Assembly (NCBI GenBank): GCA_965263035.1
Contig: OZ253580.1
Coordinates: 5,952,001 to 6,016,000 of the forward strand
Origin: Acidobacteriota bacterium
Lineage (GTDB): Bacteria > Acidobacteriota > UBA6911 > RPQK01 > JAJDTT01
Direction of reading: 5' to 3'
DNA: 64,000 nt
This document shows positions 19,868-29,430 of this stretch, one piece after another. Positions within the stretch are counted from its first letter, which is position 1. Every line of letters starts with the position of its first letter. The notes under the pieces are model-generated. The model was not told where the DNA came from and searched no databases. It saw nothing but the letters and a program-made list of their open reading frames with translations. Made by a program: the position numbers and the translations under genes.

Positions 19868-20860
19868 ATGGCTGCCTATCTGCGCCGCCGCCTGCTCCAG
19901 GCGGCACTGACGATCTGGGCCGTCAGCATTCTTTCGTTCGTTCTCATCGAGTTGCCGCCGGGGGATTTCGTCACCGCCTACGTGGACCGGCGCGCCTCCC
20001 AGGGAATTCCCCTGCCGCCTGAGGAAATCCAGGTCCTGAGAGTCCGCTACGGCCTGGACCAACCCGCGGCCCAGCGCTATCTGATCTGGATGGGACGGCT
20101 GCTCCGAGGCGATCTCGGCGTCTCCTGGATCCGGGGGCAGCCCGTTTCGGAGATCATCTCCGATCGCCTCTGGCTGACCATGACCGTGTCTCTGGCCGCC
20201 ATCCTGTTCACCTGGGCGGTGGCTCTGCCCCTGGGAGTCTATTCGGCCATCCGCCAATATTCCGCGGGAGACTACCTGTTCACTCTGCTCTGCTTCGCCG
20301 GCGTCGGCGTGCCCAACTTCCTGCTCGGTCTTCTGGTCATGTACCTGGGATTCGTCTGGTTCGACGCGGATGTGGGAGGGCTGCTCTCGACTCAGTACGC
20401 GGACGCCCCCTGGAACCTCGCCAAGCTCTGGGACCTGGTCAAGCATCTGCCGCTGCCGGCCCTGGTGCTGGGGGTGGGGGGAACGGCTCACATGATCCGG
20501 ATCCTCCGGGCCAATCTGCTGGATGAACTGTCCAAGCCCTACGTTCTCACCGCCCGGGCCAAGGGGCTCTCGGAGGTCCGGCTCCTCCTCAAATACCCCC
20601 TGCGCGTGGCCCTGAACCCGTTCGTCAGCACGGCCGGATACCTGCTTCCCTACCTGGTGTCGGGCAGCGTCATCGTCTCCATGGTCATGAGCCTTCCCAC
20701 CGTGGCGCCGGTGTTGTTGTCGGCCCTCATGGACCAGGATCTCTATCTGGCCGGGACCCTGGTGCTCCTCCTGGGCGTGCTCACCGTGGCGGGAACGCTG
20801 GTTTCGGATCTGCTCCTGCTCTGGATCGATCCCAGAATCCGGTTCCGGGGACAGTCATGA
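19868..20860 (+). CDS. ABC transporter permease (OppB/DppB-like)
   Basis: IELPPGD, YGLDQP, LLDELSKPYVLTARAKG, IDPRI. Confidence 0.92.
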   Translation: MAAYLRRRLLQAALTIWAVSILSFVLIELPPGDFVTAYVDRRASQGIPLPPEEIQVLRVRYGLDQPAAQRYLIWMGRLLRGDLGVSWIRGQPVSEIISDRLWLTMTVSLAAILFTWAVALPLGVYSAIRQYSAGDYLFTLLCFAGVGVPNFLLGLLVMYLGFVWFDADVGGLLSTQYADAPWNLAKLWDLVKHLPLPALVLGVGGTAHMIRILRANLLDELSKPYVLTARAKGLSEVRLLLKYPLRVALNPFVSTAGYLLPYLVSGSVIVSMVMSLPTVAPVLLSALMDQDLYLAGTLVLLLGVLTVAGTLVSDLLLLWIDPRIRFRGQS

Positions 20861-22008
20861 ATTCGGAGGTCACGGGGACGGTCACGGGGACAGTCACGAA
20901 TCCGGAGCCGGACGAGCTTGGGTTCCAGCTCGAAACGGCGTCCTCCTGGCAACTGACCTGGAGACGATTCCGCCGGCACAAGCTGGCCGTCGTCTCCCTG
21001 ATCCTCCTGGGATTCCTGTACCTGGTGGTCCTGCTGGCCGATTTCGTGGCCACTGCCGACCCCAACCGAATCGATGCCAGCCGGGCCTACCTGCCCCCCC
21101 AACCCATCCACCTGAAGGACGACAGCGGATTCAACCCCCATGTGCACCCGGTGTCCGGGGAGTGGGACCACAACATTTTCCGAAAGGTCCATCGCACCGA
21201 TCCGGATCGGAGGCTCCCGGTCCGCCTGCTGGCCCGAGGCTACGAATACGACTTTCTGGGTCTGGTTCCGACCGATCTTCACCTCGTCGGCGTGGCAGGT
21301 GGAACCCGGGCCCTGGCGTTGCTGGGGACGGACGGGCTGGGGCGCGACCTCTTCTCCCGCCTGGTCCACGGCACCCGGACCTCATTGACCATCGGTCTGG
21401 TTGGAGTCGCCCTGAGCTTGGTCCTCGGGGTCGTGCTGGGGGGAATCTCCGGGTTCTACGGAGGCGCGGTCGACACCGTGATCCAGCGAATCATCGAGAT
21501 CCTTCTCTCCATCCCCACCATTCCCCTGTGGCTGGGTCTGGCCGCCGCCATGCCCCGGGATTGGGGAGTGCTCCGCGTCTATTTCATCCTCACCGTCATC
21601 CTGTCGCTCATCGGATGGACCCGCCTGGGCCGGGAGGTCCGCGGCCTTTTCCTGGTGCTCCGGCAGGAAGACTACGTCCTGGCCGCCGAATTGATGGGCG
21701 CCAGCCGGGCCTCCATCATCCGGCGCCACCTGGTGCCCGCCATCAGCAGTCACGTCATCGCCACCGCAACCCTGGCGCTCCCGGCGATGATCATCGCCGA
21801 GACCTCCCTCAGCTTTCTGGGACTGGGCCTTCGTCCGCCGGCCATCAGCTGGGGAATCCTGCTGCAGGGAGCCCAGCAGGTACAGGTCCTGGCGCTGAGA
21901 CCCTGGTTGCTGGCTCCCGCGGCTCCGGTCATCGTGGCCATCCTGGCCTTCAATTTCGTGGGAGACGGCCTTCGTGACGCCGCGGACCCCTACGCCCGGA
22001 GAACCTGA
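20857..22008 (+). CDS. ABC transporter permease (OppC/DppC-like)
   Basis: WRRFRRHKLA, LGTDGLGRDLFSR, ETSLSFLGLG, GDGLRDAADP. Confidence 0.92.
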   Translation: MNSEVTGTVTGTVTNPEPDELGFQLETASSWQLTWRRFRRHKLAVVSLILLGFLYLVVLLADFVATADPNRIDASRAYLPPQPIHLKDDSGFNPHVHPVSGEWDHNIFRKVHRTDPDRRLPVRLLARGYEYDFLGLVPTDLHLVGVAGGTRALALLGTDGLGRDLFSRLVHGTRTSLTIGLVGVALSLVLGVVLGGISGFYGGAVDTVIQRIIEILLSIPTIPLWLGLAAAMPRDWGVLRVYFILTVILSLIGWTRLGREVRGLFLVLRQEDYVLAAELMGASRASIIRRHLVPAISSHVIATATLALPAMIIAETSLSFLGLGLRPPAISWGILLQGAQQVQVLALRPWLLAPAAPVIVAILAFNFVGDGLRDAADPYARRT

Positions 22009-22012
22009 TCTC

Positions 22013-23134
22013 ATGGCTGAGAACTGGATCCTCTCGGTCAGGGACCTGAAGACTCATTTCTTCACTCGGGAGGGGGTCGTCCGGGCGGTGGACGGTGTCG
22101 GCTTCGACCTCGCTCCCGGACAGGTGCTGGGCATCGTCGGGGAAAGCGGCTGCGGCAAGAGCGTCACCGCCCTGTCCATCCTGGGCATCGTGGATCATCC
22201 GGGACGCATCATCGACGGTCGAATCCTGCTCCGCCCGGCGCAGGGAGGTCCTCCCGTGGATCTGGCTCGTCTGGACCCCAAAGGACGCCGGATCCGATCG
22301 ATCCGAGGCGGAGAGATCGCCCTCATCTTCCAGGAACCGATGACCTCGTTGAGTCCGGTGCACACCATCGGCCAGCAGGTCTCGGAGACCATTCGGCTGC
22401 ATGGCCGCAGGGGCCGGCGACAGTCCCGGGAACAGGCGGTAGAGGTTCTGCGCTCCGTGGGCATCCCCGATCCCGAGCGGGGGGCGAAGCTCTACCCGTT
22501 CCAACTCAGTGGCGGGCTTCGCCAGCGCGCCCTCATCGCCCAGGCCCTGGCCGGCGAACCCCGGGTCCTCATCGCCGACGAACCGACGACAGCCCTGGAC
22601 GTGACCACTCAGGCCCAGATTCTGGATCTGCTCCGGGATCTCCAGAAGCGGAGAGGGATGGCCGTCATTCTCATTACCCACGACCTGGGTGTCATTGCCG
22701 AGATGGCAGACCAGGTCCTGGTGATGTACCTGGGGAAGGGCGTGGAGAGAGCGCCGGTCGATCGCATCTTTCATTCGCCCGAGCATCCCTACACCCGTGC
22801 CCTCCTGAGCTCCATGCCCGGTCTGGGAGCCGCCGCGAAGCAGGCGCTTCCCAGCATCTCCGGTTCCGTGCCGCCCGCCTTCCGGCGGCCCGCCGGGTGC
22901 TCATTTCATCCCCGTTGCCTGGAGTTCCTGGATGGGACCTGCAACCGAGCGGAACCGGAACCGGTCAGGGTGCAACCGGGTCACGAGGTGCTCTGCCTGC
23001 GCCGGGAGCCGGAAGAGCCCGGTCACCCATCTTCGCTGGAGAAACTGTCCGAAAACGGACAGTTTGTATCGAAACCGGACACTTTGTCCCGAAATCGGAC
23101 ACCTCACTCCCGAACAGAGAAGAGAAAAGATTGA
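22013..23134 (+). CDS. ABC transporter ATP-binding protein (OppD/DppD-like)
   Basis: GESGCGKS, LSGGLRQR, IADEPTTALD, GCSFHPRC. Confidence 0.93.
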   Translation: MAENWILSVRDLKTHFFTREGVVRAVDGVGFDLAPGQVLGIVGESGCGKSVTALSILGIVDHPGRIIDGRILLRPAQGGPPVDLARLDPKGRRIRSIRGGEIALIFQEPMTSLSPVHTIGQQVSETIRLHGRRGRRQSREQAVEVLRSVGIPDPERGAKLYPFQLSGGLRQRALIAQALAGEPRVLIADEPTTALDVTTQAQILDLLRDLQKRRGMAVILITHDLGVIAEMADQVLVMYLGKGVERAPVDRIFHSPEHPYTRALLSSMPGLGAAAKQALPSISGSVPPAFRRPAGCSFHPRCLEFLDGTCNRAEPEPVRVQPGHEVLCLRREPEEPGHPSSLEKLSENGQFVSKPDTLSRNRTPHSRTEKRKD

Positions 23135-24159
23135 ATCCTGAGATTTTTCTGGACGTCAGGAACCTGACGAAGCACTTCCCGGTCCGTTCCGGTCCCTTCC
23201 AGCGGCCGAGCGGCAAGGTCCAAGCCGTCACCGATGTCAGTTTTCACCTGAGCCAGGGAGAGTCCCTGTCACTCGTGGGAGAGAGCGGTTGCGGAAAGAC
23301 CACGCTGGCCCGGACTCTTCTCCGGGGCTACGAGGCGACGGCCGGATCGGCCTGGTTCCGCACCGAAGAGAATGAGGTTGTCGACTTGCTGACCCTGCCC
23401 CGCCGACGGCTCAAGCCCTTGCGCCGGCAGCTGCAGATGGTCTTCCAGGATCCCTACTCCTCCCTGAATCCCAGGATGACGGTCCAGCGGATCATCGACG
23501 AGCCCTTGCGAATTCACGGCGAGGAACTGGGAATCACCACCCGCGACGACCGGCGGGATCGCGTCCGCCAACTGCTGTTGCAGGTGGGGCTCCGGCCCGA
23601 AGCGGCCCGGCGCTATCCCCACGCCTTCAGTGGCGGGGAAAGACAGCGAATCGGCATCGCCCGTACTCTGGCCACACGGCCCCGGCTGGTGGTGGCTGAC
23701 GAGCCGGTCTCCGCCCTCGACGTCTCCGTGCAGGCCCAGATCCTCAACCTGATGTTGGAACTGCAAGGTCGGTACCGGATCGGTTACCTGTTCCTCACTC
23801 ACAACCTGATGGTGGTCCGTCACGTCAGCGACCGGGTTGCCGTCATGTACCTGGGACGGATCATGGAGACGGCCCCCACCGAAGCCCTCTTTACGAGTCC
23901 CGCACACCCCTACACGGCGGCTCTTCTCGACGCCATACCCCGGCCCGATCCCCGGGTCCGGAACCGGTCCAGGATCCGGCTGAGCAGCGAGGTTCCCAGT
24001 CCGCTGAATCCACCGATCGGATGCCCGTTCCACCCCCGTTGCGCCCACGCTCAGGATCTATGCCGCAACGAACTGCCGGCCCTGGAGGACGTCGCGTCCG
24101 GGCACCGTGTCCGCTGCCACCTTTGGCAAGAGCTGGATCTGAAAGGAGCGCGCTTCTAG
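23131..24159 (+). CDS. ABC transporter ATP-binding protein (OppF/DppF-like)
   Basis: GESGCGKT, FSGGERQRIG, ADEPVSALD, GCPFHPRC; TTG start overlapping upstream stop inferred. Confidence 0.92.
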   Translation: MNPEIFLDVRNLTKHFPVRSGPFQRPSGKVQAVTDVSFHLSQGESLSLVGESGCGKTTLARTLLRGYEATAGSAWFRTEENEVVDLLTLPRRRLKPLRRQLQMVFQDPYSSLNPRMTVQRIIDEPLRIHGEELGITTRDDRRDRVRQLLLQVGLRPEAARRYPHAFSGGERQRIGIARTLATRPRLVVADEPVSALDVSVQAQILNLMLELQGRYRIGYLFLTHNLMVVRHVSDRVAVMYLGRIMETAPTEALFTSPAHPYTAALLDAIPRPDPRVRNRSRIRLSSEVPSPLNPPIGCPFHPRCAHAQDLCRNELPALEDVASGHRVRCHLWQELDLKGARF

Positions 24160-24231
24160 CCGCCGGACGGGCCTATTTAAACAGACAAGCGGCGGTTTCC
24201 AGCCGCCGAACTCCAGTGTCGCCATGCTCAA

Positions 24232-24319
24232 CGAGGGAACGGGCGACTGGAAGTCGCCCCTCCGAGCCACTCTTTCGAGGGAACGGGCGACTGGAAATCG
24301 CCCCTCCGAGCCACTCTTT
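24232..24319 (+). repeat. 2 x 44-bp tandem repeat containing a REP-like hairpin
   Basis: cgagggaacgggcgactggaaRtcgcccctccgagccactcttt at 24232 and 24276. Confidence 0.9.
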
Positions 24320-24351
24320 AGTTTGGGATTTGAGATTATCGCGCAACGGAA

Positions 24352-24428
<77 letters not shown>

Positions 24429-24507
24429 ACGCGACAGACAGGCGGAGTTTAGCAGAACCGCTCCGCAAATGAGAATGAACCGGCTGCGGAAGCAGGGGAA
24501 TCGGAGA

Positions 24508-24582
24508 CGTCCCCAACGGGATTTGAACCCGTGTTGCCGCCTTGAAAGGGCGGTGTCCTAGGCCAGGCTAGACGATGGGGAC
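24508..24582 (-). tRNA. tRNA-Glu(TTC), CCA not encoded
   Basis: GTCCCCATCGTCTAGCCTGGCCTAGGACACCGCCCT-TTC-AAGGCGGCAACACGGGTTCAAATCCCGTTGGGGACG. Confidence 0.95.
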
Positions 24583-24637
24583 GTCAGATATGAAGCGCGC
24601 ATTCTAGCAGTCGCTGCCGAGGCCTGTCCACCGGCCC

Positions 24638-24871
24638 TCACCCCTCTGTGGGACCCGTGTGACCGCCCGAATTCTCGCGACTCTCGACCTCATCCGTCTG
24701 CGCTTCGACCAGTGGAAAGGCGCATTGCCGGCACCGCCGCCGCCGCCGAGCGTTGAGAATGCCGCACTCCGGGCACCGGCGGTACATGACCCGGGCGAAG
24801 AGCTGAGTCAGAAGTGCGCTTCCGCCCAGTATCGCCACAACCAGCAGCACGCTCAGAATCGTCTCTGCCAT
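24638..24871 (-). CDS. small membrane protein with CxxC-CxxC zinc ribbon
   Basis: TM helix then CPECG...CRQC. Confidence 0.65.
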   Translation of the reverse strand: MAETILSVLLVVAILGGSALLTQLFARVMYRRCPECGILNARRRRRCRQCAFPLVEAQTDEVESRENSGGHTGPTEG

Positions 24872-24876
24872 GGGGA

Positions 24877-25875
24877 CTACCGGAGGGGAGAGGGTGTCCT
24901 GGGCCCGGCGGAATCGGAACGTCGAGAGTTGGATGAGTGAATCGGAGGAAAAGGACTGGACCATCCCGCCCGCAGAAAGCAGTCCCGGGCCTGCTCCCGC
25001 AACCACTGGGTCACGTTTCGATGGGGGAGCAGTCCCCTTCCGTCGGCGCTGTAGTCCAATCCCTCGAGAACCTTTCCGTAGGGCCCGAATCCGAATACTC
25101 GGAACGGAACCACCAGCACGCGTCCCTTCCGGCTCTGTTTCGAGACGAAACCCCGGATCCGCTCCACGGCCACTCTGCGCTTGGCTTCCCAGTCTTCTCT
25201 CAGGGTCTCGACCCGGACCTCCCGAAACGGGCCCAGGACCTTCAGTCCCCGAGTCAAGCTCTCCATCCGGGCCTTCCAGTACCGGTCACGGGCATCGGAT
25301 TCGACGCCGTGCCCGATGATGAGCACCGACTCGGCCGCCGGAGATTCGCTCAATGCCCGGACCCGGTCCAACAGCACACCCCCGGCCAGCCGTGAGTCCA
25401 GCAGACCCGCAGCGCTCAGAATGACTTGGGATTCCAGCTCGATGGGAGGGGGGATCTCCGACCCTCTCAGCAGCCGGACTGCATCGCGGGACATTTTGTG
25501 GTGGTGATGATCGTGGTGCAGGAAGAAGGGGGGAGGCTGGACCCTCACGCCCAACAGGTATTCGGTCTGGGACAGAAAGGATCTGCCGTCCAGGAAGAGC
25601 CGGACCACGGCGATCTTCCGAACACCCTGCTCTTCGAGCCGCGCGATGCCCTTTCGTAAGGGTTCCCGCTGTGCCATTCCATAAGCCACAACCACCGGAC
25701 AAACCTTCTCCAGCGGGGCCACGGCATCCTTGACGGCCCGGTTCCATTGCTCGTCGCCACCGTGAGCCATGATCAGCAGACCGACTTCGCCGGACGCGCC
25801 GGCCGGACTCGGGACCCAGGCGGTTCCAGCTCCCATCAACAAAACGCCAATCCACACCCATCGCCTCATGGCCAT
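24877..25875 (-). CDS. exported CbiX/SirB-like chelatase-fold protein with His-rich loop
   Basis: signal peptide, LLIMAHGG, VVRLFL, HHDHHHH, LIIGHG, ETLREDW, GLLPH. Confidence 0.8.
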   Translation of the reverse strand: MAMRRWVWIGVLLMGAGTAWVPSPAGASGEVGLLIMAHGGDEQWNRAVKDAVAPLEKVCPVVVAYGMAQREPLRKGIARLEEQGVRKIAVVRLFLDGRSFLSQTEYLLGVRVQPPPFFLHHDHHHHKMSRDAVRLLRGSEIPPPIELESQVILSAAGLLDSRLAGGVLLDRVRALSESPAAESVLIIGHGVESDARDRYWKARMESLTRGLKVLGPFREVRVETLREDWEAKRRVAVERIRGFVSKQSRKGRVLVVPFRVFGFGPYGKVLEGLDYSADGRGLLPHRNVTQWLREQARDCFLRAGWSSPFPPIHSSNSRRSDSAGPRTPSPLR

Positions 25876-26165
25876 ACCCTTCGTCTATTCGAACTCCCTG
25901 CCGAATGCGATTTTGCCAGACGGCCCATTTTTCGAACCGTTTCCATTCCAGGTTTTCGTCGGGGCGCCATGATGGAACAGAACCCTCGCGAGATCAATAT
26001 TGCGGGATCAGTCTTGGCGACCTGCCCCGCAGATCCCACCAAGTTGCAGCATACCGAATGAAGTCAATTCTGTGTTCAAGACCCTGTCGGCTCTATAATC
26101 GAGCCTTCCGGGGCAAGTACCATGACGGGCGGGTCACCCGGTGAAGAAAGGGGGTAAAGAGACGA

Positions 26166-26537
26166 GTGCCGATCGTTCGCCTGAAACTCCTTGTTCGAAA
26201 CGACGCCGAGCGCCTCGGAAAGGACACTCTGCAGGTGTTGGCCGACGAGCTCGGCAGATATTTCGAGTCGGAAACGGCGGGCACGTGGGTCGAGGCCGAA
26301 TATCTTCCGATCGAGCAGTATGCGGAAAACTCACGCGAACTTGCCGAGGACGTGAGACCAACACTCGTGTACGTATTGAGGCACCACCTGCCGGCCCCGG
26401 AAGAACTCGCCCAGGAAGCCATGGATCTCGCCCGGATCGTGGCGAAGCGGTTGCAGCGGCCCCGGCGGAACACGCACATTGTCTACGAGCCGCCCGGCAA
26501 GGGTCGCGTTGCCTTCGGCGGCACGCTGGTCAGGTAA
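26166..26537 (+). CDS. tautomerase-like protein
   Basis: N-terminal Pro (MPIV), C-terminal HIVYEPPGKGRVAFGG. Confidence 0.7.
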   Translation: MPIVRLKLLVRNDAERLGKDTLQVLADELGRYFESETAGTWVEAEYLPIEQYAENSRELAEDVRPTLVYVLRHHLPAPEELAQEAMDLARIVAKRLQRPRRNTHIVYEPPGKGRVAFGGTLVR

Positions 26538-26665
26538 CCTCCGCGTCGGGCAGAATCAGCACCGGCTTTCGGGCTCGCTCTCTCAACCTCAAGCCCGCAA
26601 TTCGTTCTTGCCAACCTGTTATCCACGAAGTGGAAACCTGACAGGTGCGGGACCCGCGCACTTCA

Positions 26666-26695
26666 TTGCTTGATATCAGGCTTCCTTGCTATAGT
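26666..26695 (+). promoter_or_regulatory. putative sigma70 promoter upstream of ferredoxin
   Basis: TTGCTT, 18 bp, then extended -10 TG-c-TATAGT. Confidence 0.4.
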
Positions 26696-26731
26696 GGCGC
26701 CCTCAACGGGTCCAGCACAAGGAGCACGAGA

Positions 26732-27097
26732 ATGACCTACATAGTGACCGAACGATGCGTTGACAACCGATACACCGACTGTGTCGCCGACTGTCCAGTC
26801 GACTGCTTCTACGAGATTGAAGATCCTCACATGCTGATCATCAATCCGGACGAGTGCATCGACTGCGACGCCTGCGTCTCGTTGTGCCCGGTCAACGCCA
26901 TCTACCCCGAGTCCGAGGTGCCGGAAGAGTTCGAAGAGTGGATCGACATGAATGACGAGGAACTCTGCACCGACGACAATCGGATCACCGACACCGACGC
27001 GCCGCTGGACTCGGCCATCACCATCGATGAGGTGAAGGCCAGGGAGGAAGAGGATTTCGGCGAGGCACTGGAGGATCCATCCAGCGCCGCACACTGA
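26732..27097 (+). CDS. fdxA: 7Fe-type ferredoxin with acidic C-terminal extension
   Basis: MTYIVTERC...YTDCVADCPVDCFYE...INPDECIDCDACVSLCPVNAI; RBS aaggag. Confidence 0.9.
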   Translation: MTYIVTERCVDNRYTDCVADCPVDCFYEIEDPHMLIINPDECIDCDACVSLCPVNAIYPESEVPEEFEEWIDMNDEELCTDDNRITDTDAPLDSAITIDEVKAREEEDFGEALEDPSSAAH

Positions 27098-27465
27098 ATG
27101 CTTTCCCTCGCTGCTGGAGAGTCGATCCCGGCTTCCCGGATCCCCGACCGCGTTTTGCCTGGGGTCCCCCGGGATCGGGAGGAGGAGGTTCGAAGAGTAT
27201 CCGGAGCGGAACCTGATCCGCTTGCGTTTCCCGTCCCAGATCATGTCGTTTCCAGGCTACGCGCCGGCTTTCGTGGCCCCACGTGGGTAGTGGAGGGCGC
27301 AATCTGCCGTCAGAATCCGGCGTTGGACCTCCTTGTTTCCCCCTCGCAGATCCTCTGCCCCTTCCCTGCAATCGGTCCAATCTTTCCCGGAGGTGCAACC
27401 CTCAGGCCCGGTCGTAGTAGACTGGGCGGAGGGCGCGCGAACCGGCTGACAGGAGACAACGAGAG

Positions 27466-28278
27466 ATGAAGCGGAACAAGCTGAGAGAGGCGCTGAAGGC
27501 CGGAAGGCCCACGGTCGGAACCCACATCCAGAGCTCCTGGCCGTCGGTGGTGGAGATCATCGGCCATACGGGCGTCTTCGACTACATCGAATTTGTTGCG
27601 GAGTATGCCCCATTCGACCTCTTCTCCCTGGAAAATCTGTGCCGGGCGGCAGAGCTGATGGGGCTTTCCTCCATGATCAAGCTGGACCAGGAACCCCGGC
27701 GCTTTCTGGCTCAACGGTCCATCGGAGCAGGCTTCGACAGTGTCCTGTTCGCCGACTGTCGAACTCCGGACGACGTGCGAGAGTGCGTTCGGGCGGTGAA
27801 GCCGGAAACTCCCGCCGCCGGCGGCTACCACGGGGTCGGCGTGCGCCGAAGCAGCTACGTGCATGGTTCCGGACAACCGGATTACGCTCAGCAGTTGGAC
27901 GACGTCGTGATCGCGTTCATGATCGAGAAGCGTTCCGCGGTCGATGCGCTCGACGAGATCCTGGCCCTCGGAGGGGTGGACATGATTCAGTGGGGTCCCG
28001 CCGACTACGCCCTGAGCATCGGCCGCCCCGGTGAATTTCATGCTCCCGACGTTCGGGAAACGGAGCGCCGCGTCATCGCCACCTGCCTCGCCGCAGGGGT
28101 TCCGCCCCGGGCAGAGATCGAGAGCGTGGACAGGGCCAAGTACTACCTGGATCTGGGGGTTCGTCACTTCTGTCTGGGCACCGACATCATGATTCTGTAT
28201 CAGTTTCTGAGAGACCAAGGAGAGAAGCTGCAGGACGAGCTGGGAGAGACGCTCGGGAACGCGCTGGCGGGGAGTTGA
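27466..28278 (+). CDS. HpcH/HpaI aldolase family protein
   Basis: FDYIEFVAEY, MIEK, QWGPADY. Confidence 0.88.
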   Translation: MKRNKLREALKAGRPTVGTHIQSSWPSVVEIIGHTGVFDYIEFVAEYAPFDLFSLENLCRAAELMGLSSMIKLDQEPRRFLAQRSIGAGFDSVLFADCRTPDDVRECVRAVKPETPAAGGYHGVGVRRSSYVHGSGQPDYAQQLDDVVIAFMIEKRSAVDALDEILALGGVDMIQWGPADYALSIGRPGEFHAPDVRETERRVIATCLAAGVPPRAEIESVDRAKYYLDLGVRHFCLGTDIMILYQFLRDQGEKLQDELGETLGNALAGS

Positions 28279-28356
28279 CCCTCCCCGCGGCGGTATCGGC
28301 CCCGGATTTGGGGGCGAGGTGAAAGGCTGGCCGTTACAGACTCACGGGAGGAGACA

Positions 28357-29430
28357 ATGCATCGATTCAAATCCGCCGTTCCAAGTCATCGGTTCTCTTG
28401 GACCCTGACCGCCGCTCTCCTTGCCGGCCTGGGGGGATGCGCCCCGGCCCCTCCACCCGCCGAGGAACCGGCCCCGCAGTGGTCTGAATTGGCCGGCTAC
28501 GAGGCCATGGCCGTGCCGGACGACAATCCCATGACGGTCGCCAAGATCGAATTGGGGAAACAGCTCTACTACGACGCCCGGCTCAGCGGAGACGGCGTAC
28601 GGTCCTGCTACGGATGCCATCTGAACGAACACGGCCTGACCGACGGCAAACCCCTGGCCATCGGGGCTTTCGACAAGACCCTGACCCGGTCCAGCCCGAC
28701 GCTGTGGAACATCGGATACCACTCCGAGCTCTACTGGGACGGACGCACCAAGGGCCTGGAAGCTCAGGTGAAGGGTGCCTGGCGCGGTGGAAACATGGGC
28801 GCCTCGGGTAAGGACGGCGCCCCCAGCATGGACGATGTCTGTGCCAAGCTGAACGAGATCACCGGTTACGGGGAGCAATTCCAGGAAATCTTCGGCGGCG
28901 AAGCCAATCCGGACCGCGTCGCCATGGCCGTGGCCTCGTTCATGCGGACCATCGTCGCCGTGGGCTCTCCCTGGGTTCGTTTCCGGGAAGGGGACGAATC
29001 CGCATTGAGCGAAGCGGCCCGGCGCGGCTACACCATTTTCAGCGAGAAGGCCAAGTGCACCAACTGCCACGACGGCCTGCTCCTGACCGACCTCCAGTAC
29101 CACAACCTGGGCATCGGAATGGACGCCGAGTCTCCTGACATCGGCCGGGCCAAGGTCTCCGGAGACGAAAAGGACACCGGCGCCTTCAAGACCCCCACGC
29201 TTCTGGACATCGCGGAATCGGGGCCCTATTTCCACAACGGGAGCGCCGCGTCCCTGGAAGACGCGGTTCAGGTGATGCTCGACGGGGGAAAGCCCAATCA
29301 GTGGCTGGACGAGGAGAACCTTCGGGAGACCAAGGAAGCCGAGCTGACCGAAGAAGAAGTGGCGGACCTCCTGGCCTTCCTGCGCGAGCTCAACGTCGAC
29401 TACGACGTCAGCCAGCCGGAACTTCCTTGA
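28357..29430 (+). CDS. diheme cytochrome c peroxidase / MauG family lipoprotein
   Basis: CYGCH and CTNCH heme motifs, LGKQLYYDARLS, YWDGR, FKTPTL, PYFHNG. Confidence 0.92.
   Translation: MHRFKSAVPSHRFSWTLTAALLAGLGGCAPAPPPAEEPAPQWSELAGYEAMAVPDDNPMTVAKIELGKQLYYDARLSGDGVRSCYGCHLNEHGLTDGKPLAIGAFDKTLTRSSPTLWNIGYHSELYWDGRTKGLEAQVKGAWRGGNMGASGKDGAPSMDDVCAKLNEITGYGEQFQEIFGGEANPDRVAMAVASFMRTIVAVGSPWVRFREGDESALSEAARRGYTIFSEKAKCTNCHDGLLLTDLQYHNLGIGMDAESPDIGRAKVSGDEKDTGAFKTPTLLDIAESGPYFHNGSAASLEDAVQVMLDGGKPNQWLDEENLRETKEAELTEEEVADLLAFLRELNVDYDVSQPELP

Noticed and set aside
17665-19869. 1141-aa minus-strand ORF as a giant aminotransferase fusion
   Set aside because: The extension is the antisense shadow of the ABC substrate-binding gene; only 16444-17664 has aminotransferase motifs.
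25876-26165. Cobalamin riboswitch upstream of the CbiX-like gene
   Set aside because: No recognisable B12-box or conserved core on either strand.
26619-26627. DnaA box / replication origin
   Set aside because: Single one-mismatch 9-mer with no cluster or origin-linked genes.
27098-27465. ncRNA or small gene in the 370-bp gap after ferredoxin
   Set aside because: No recognisable RNA family motif and no convincing RBS-ORF pair.
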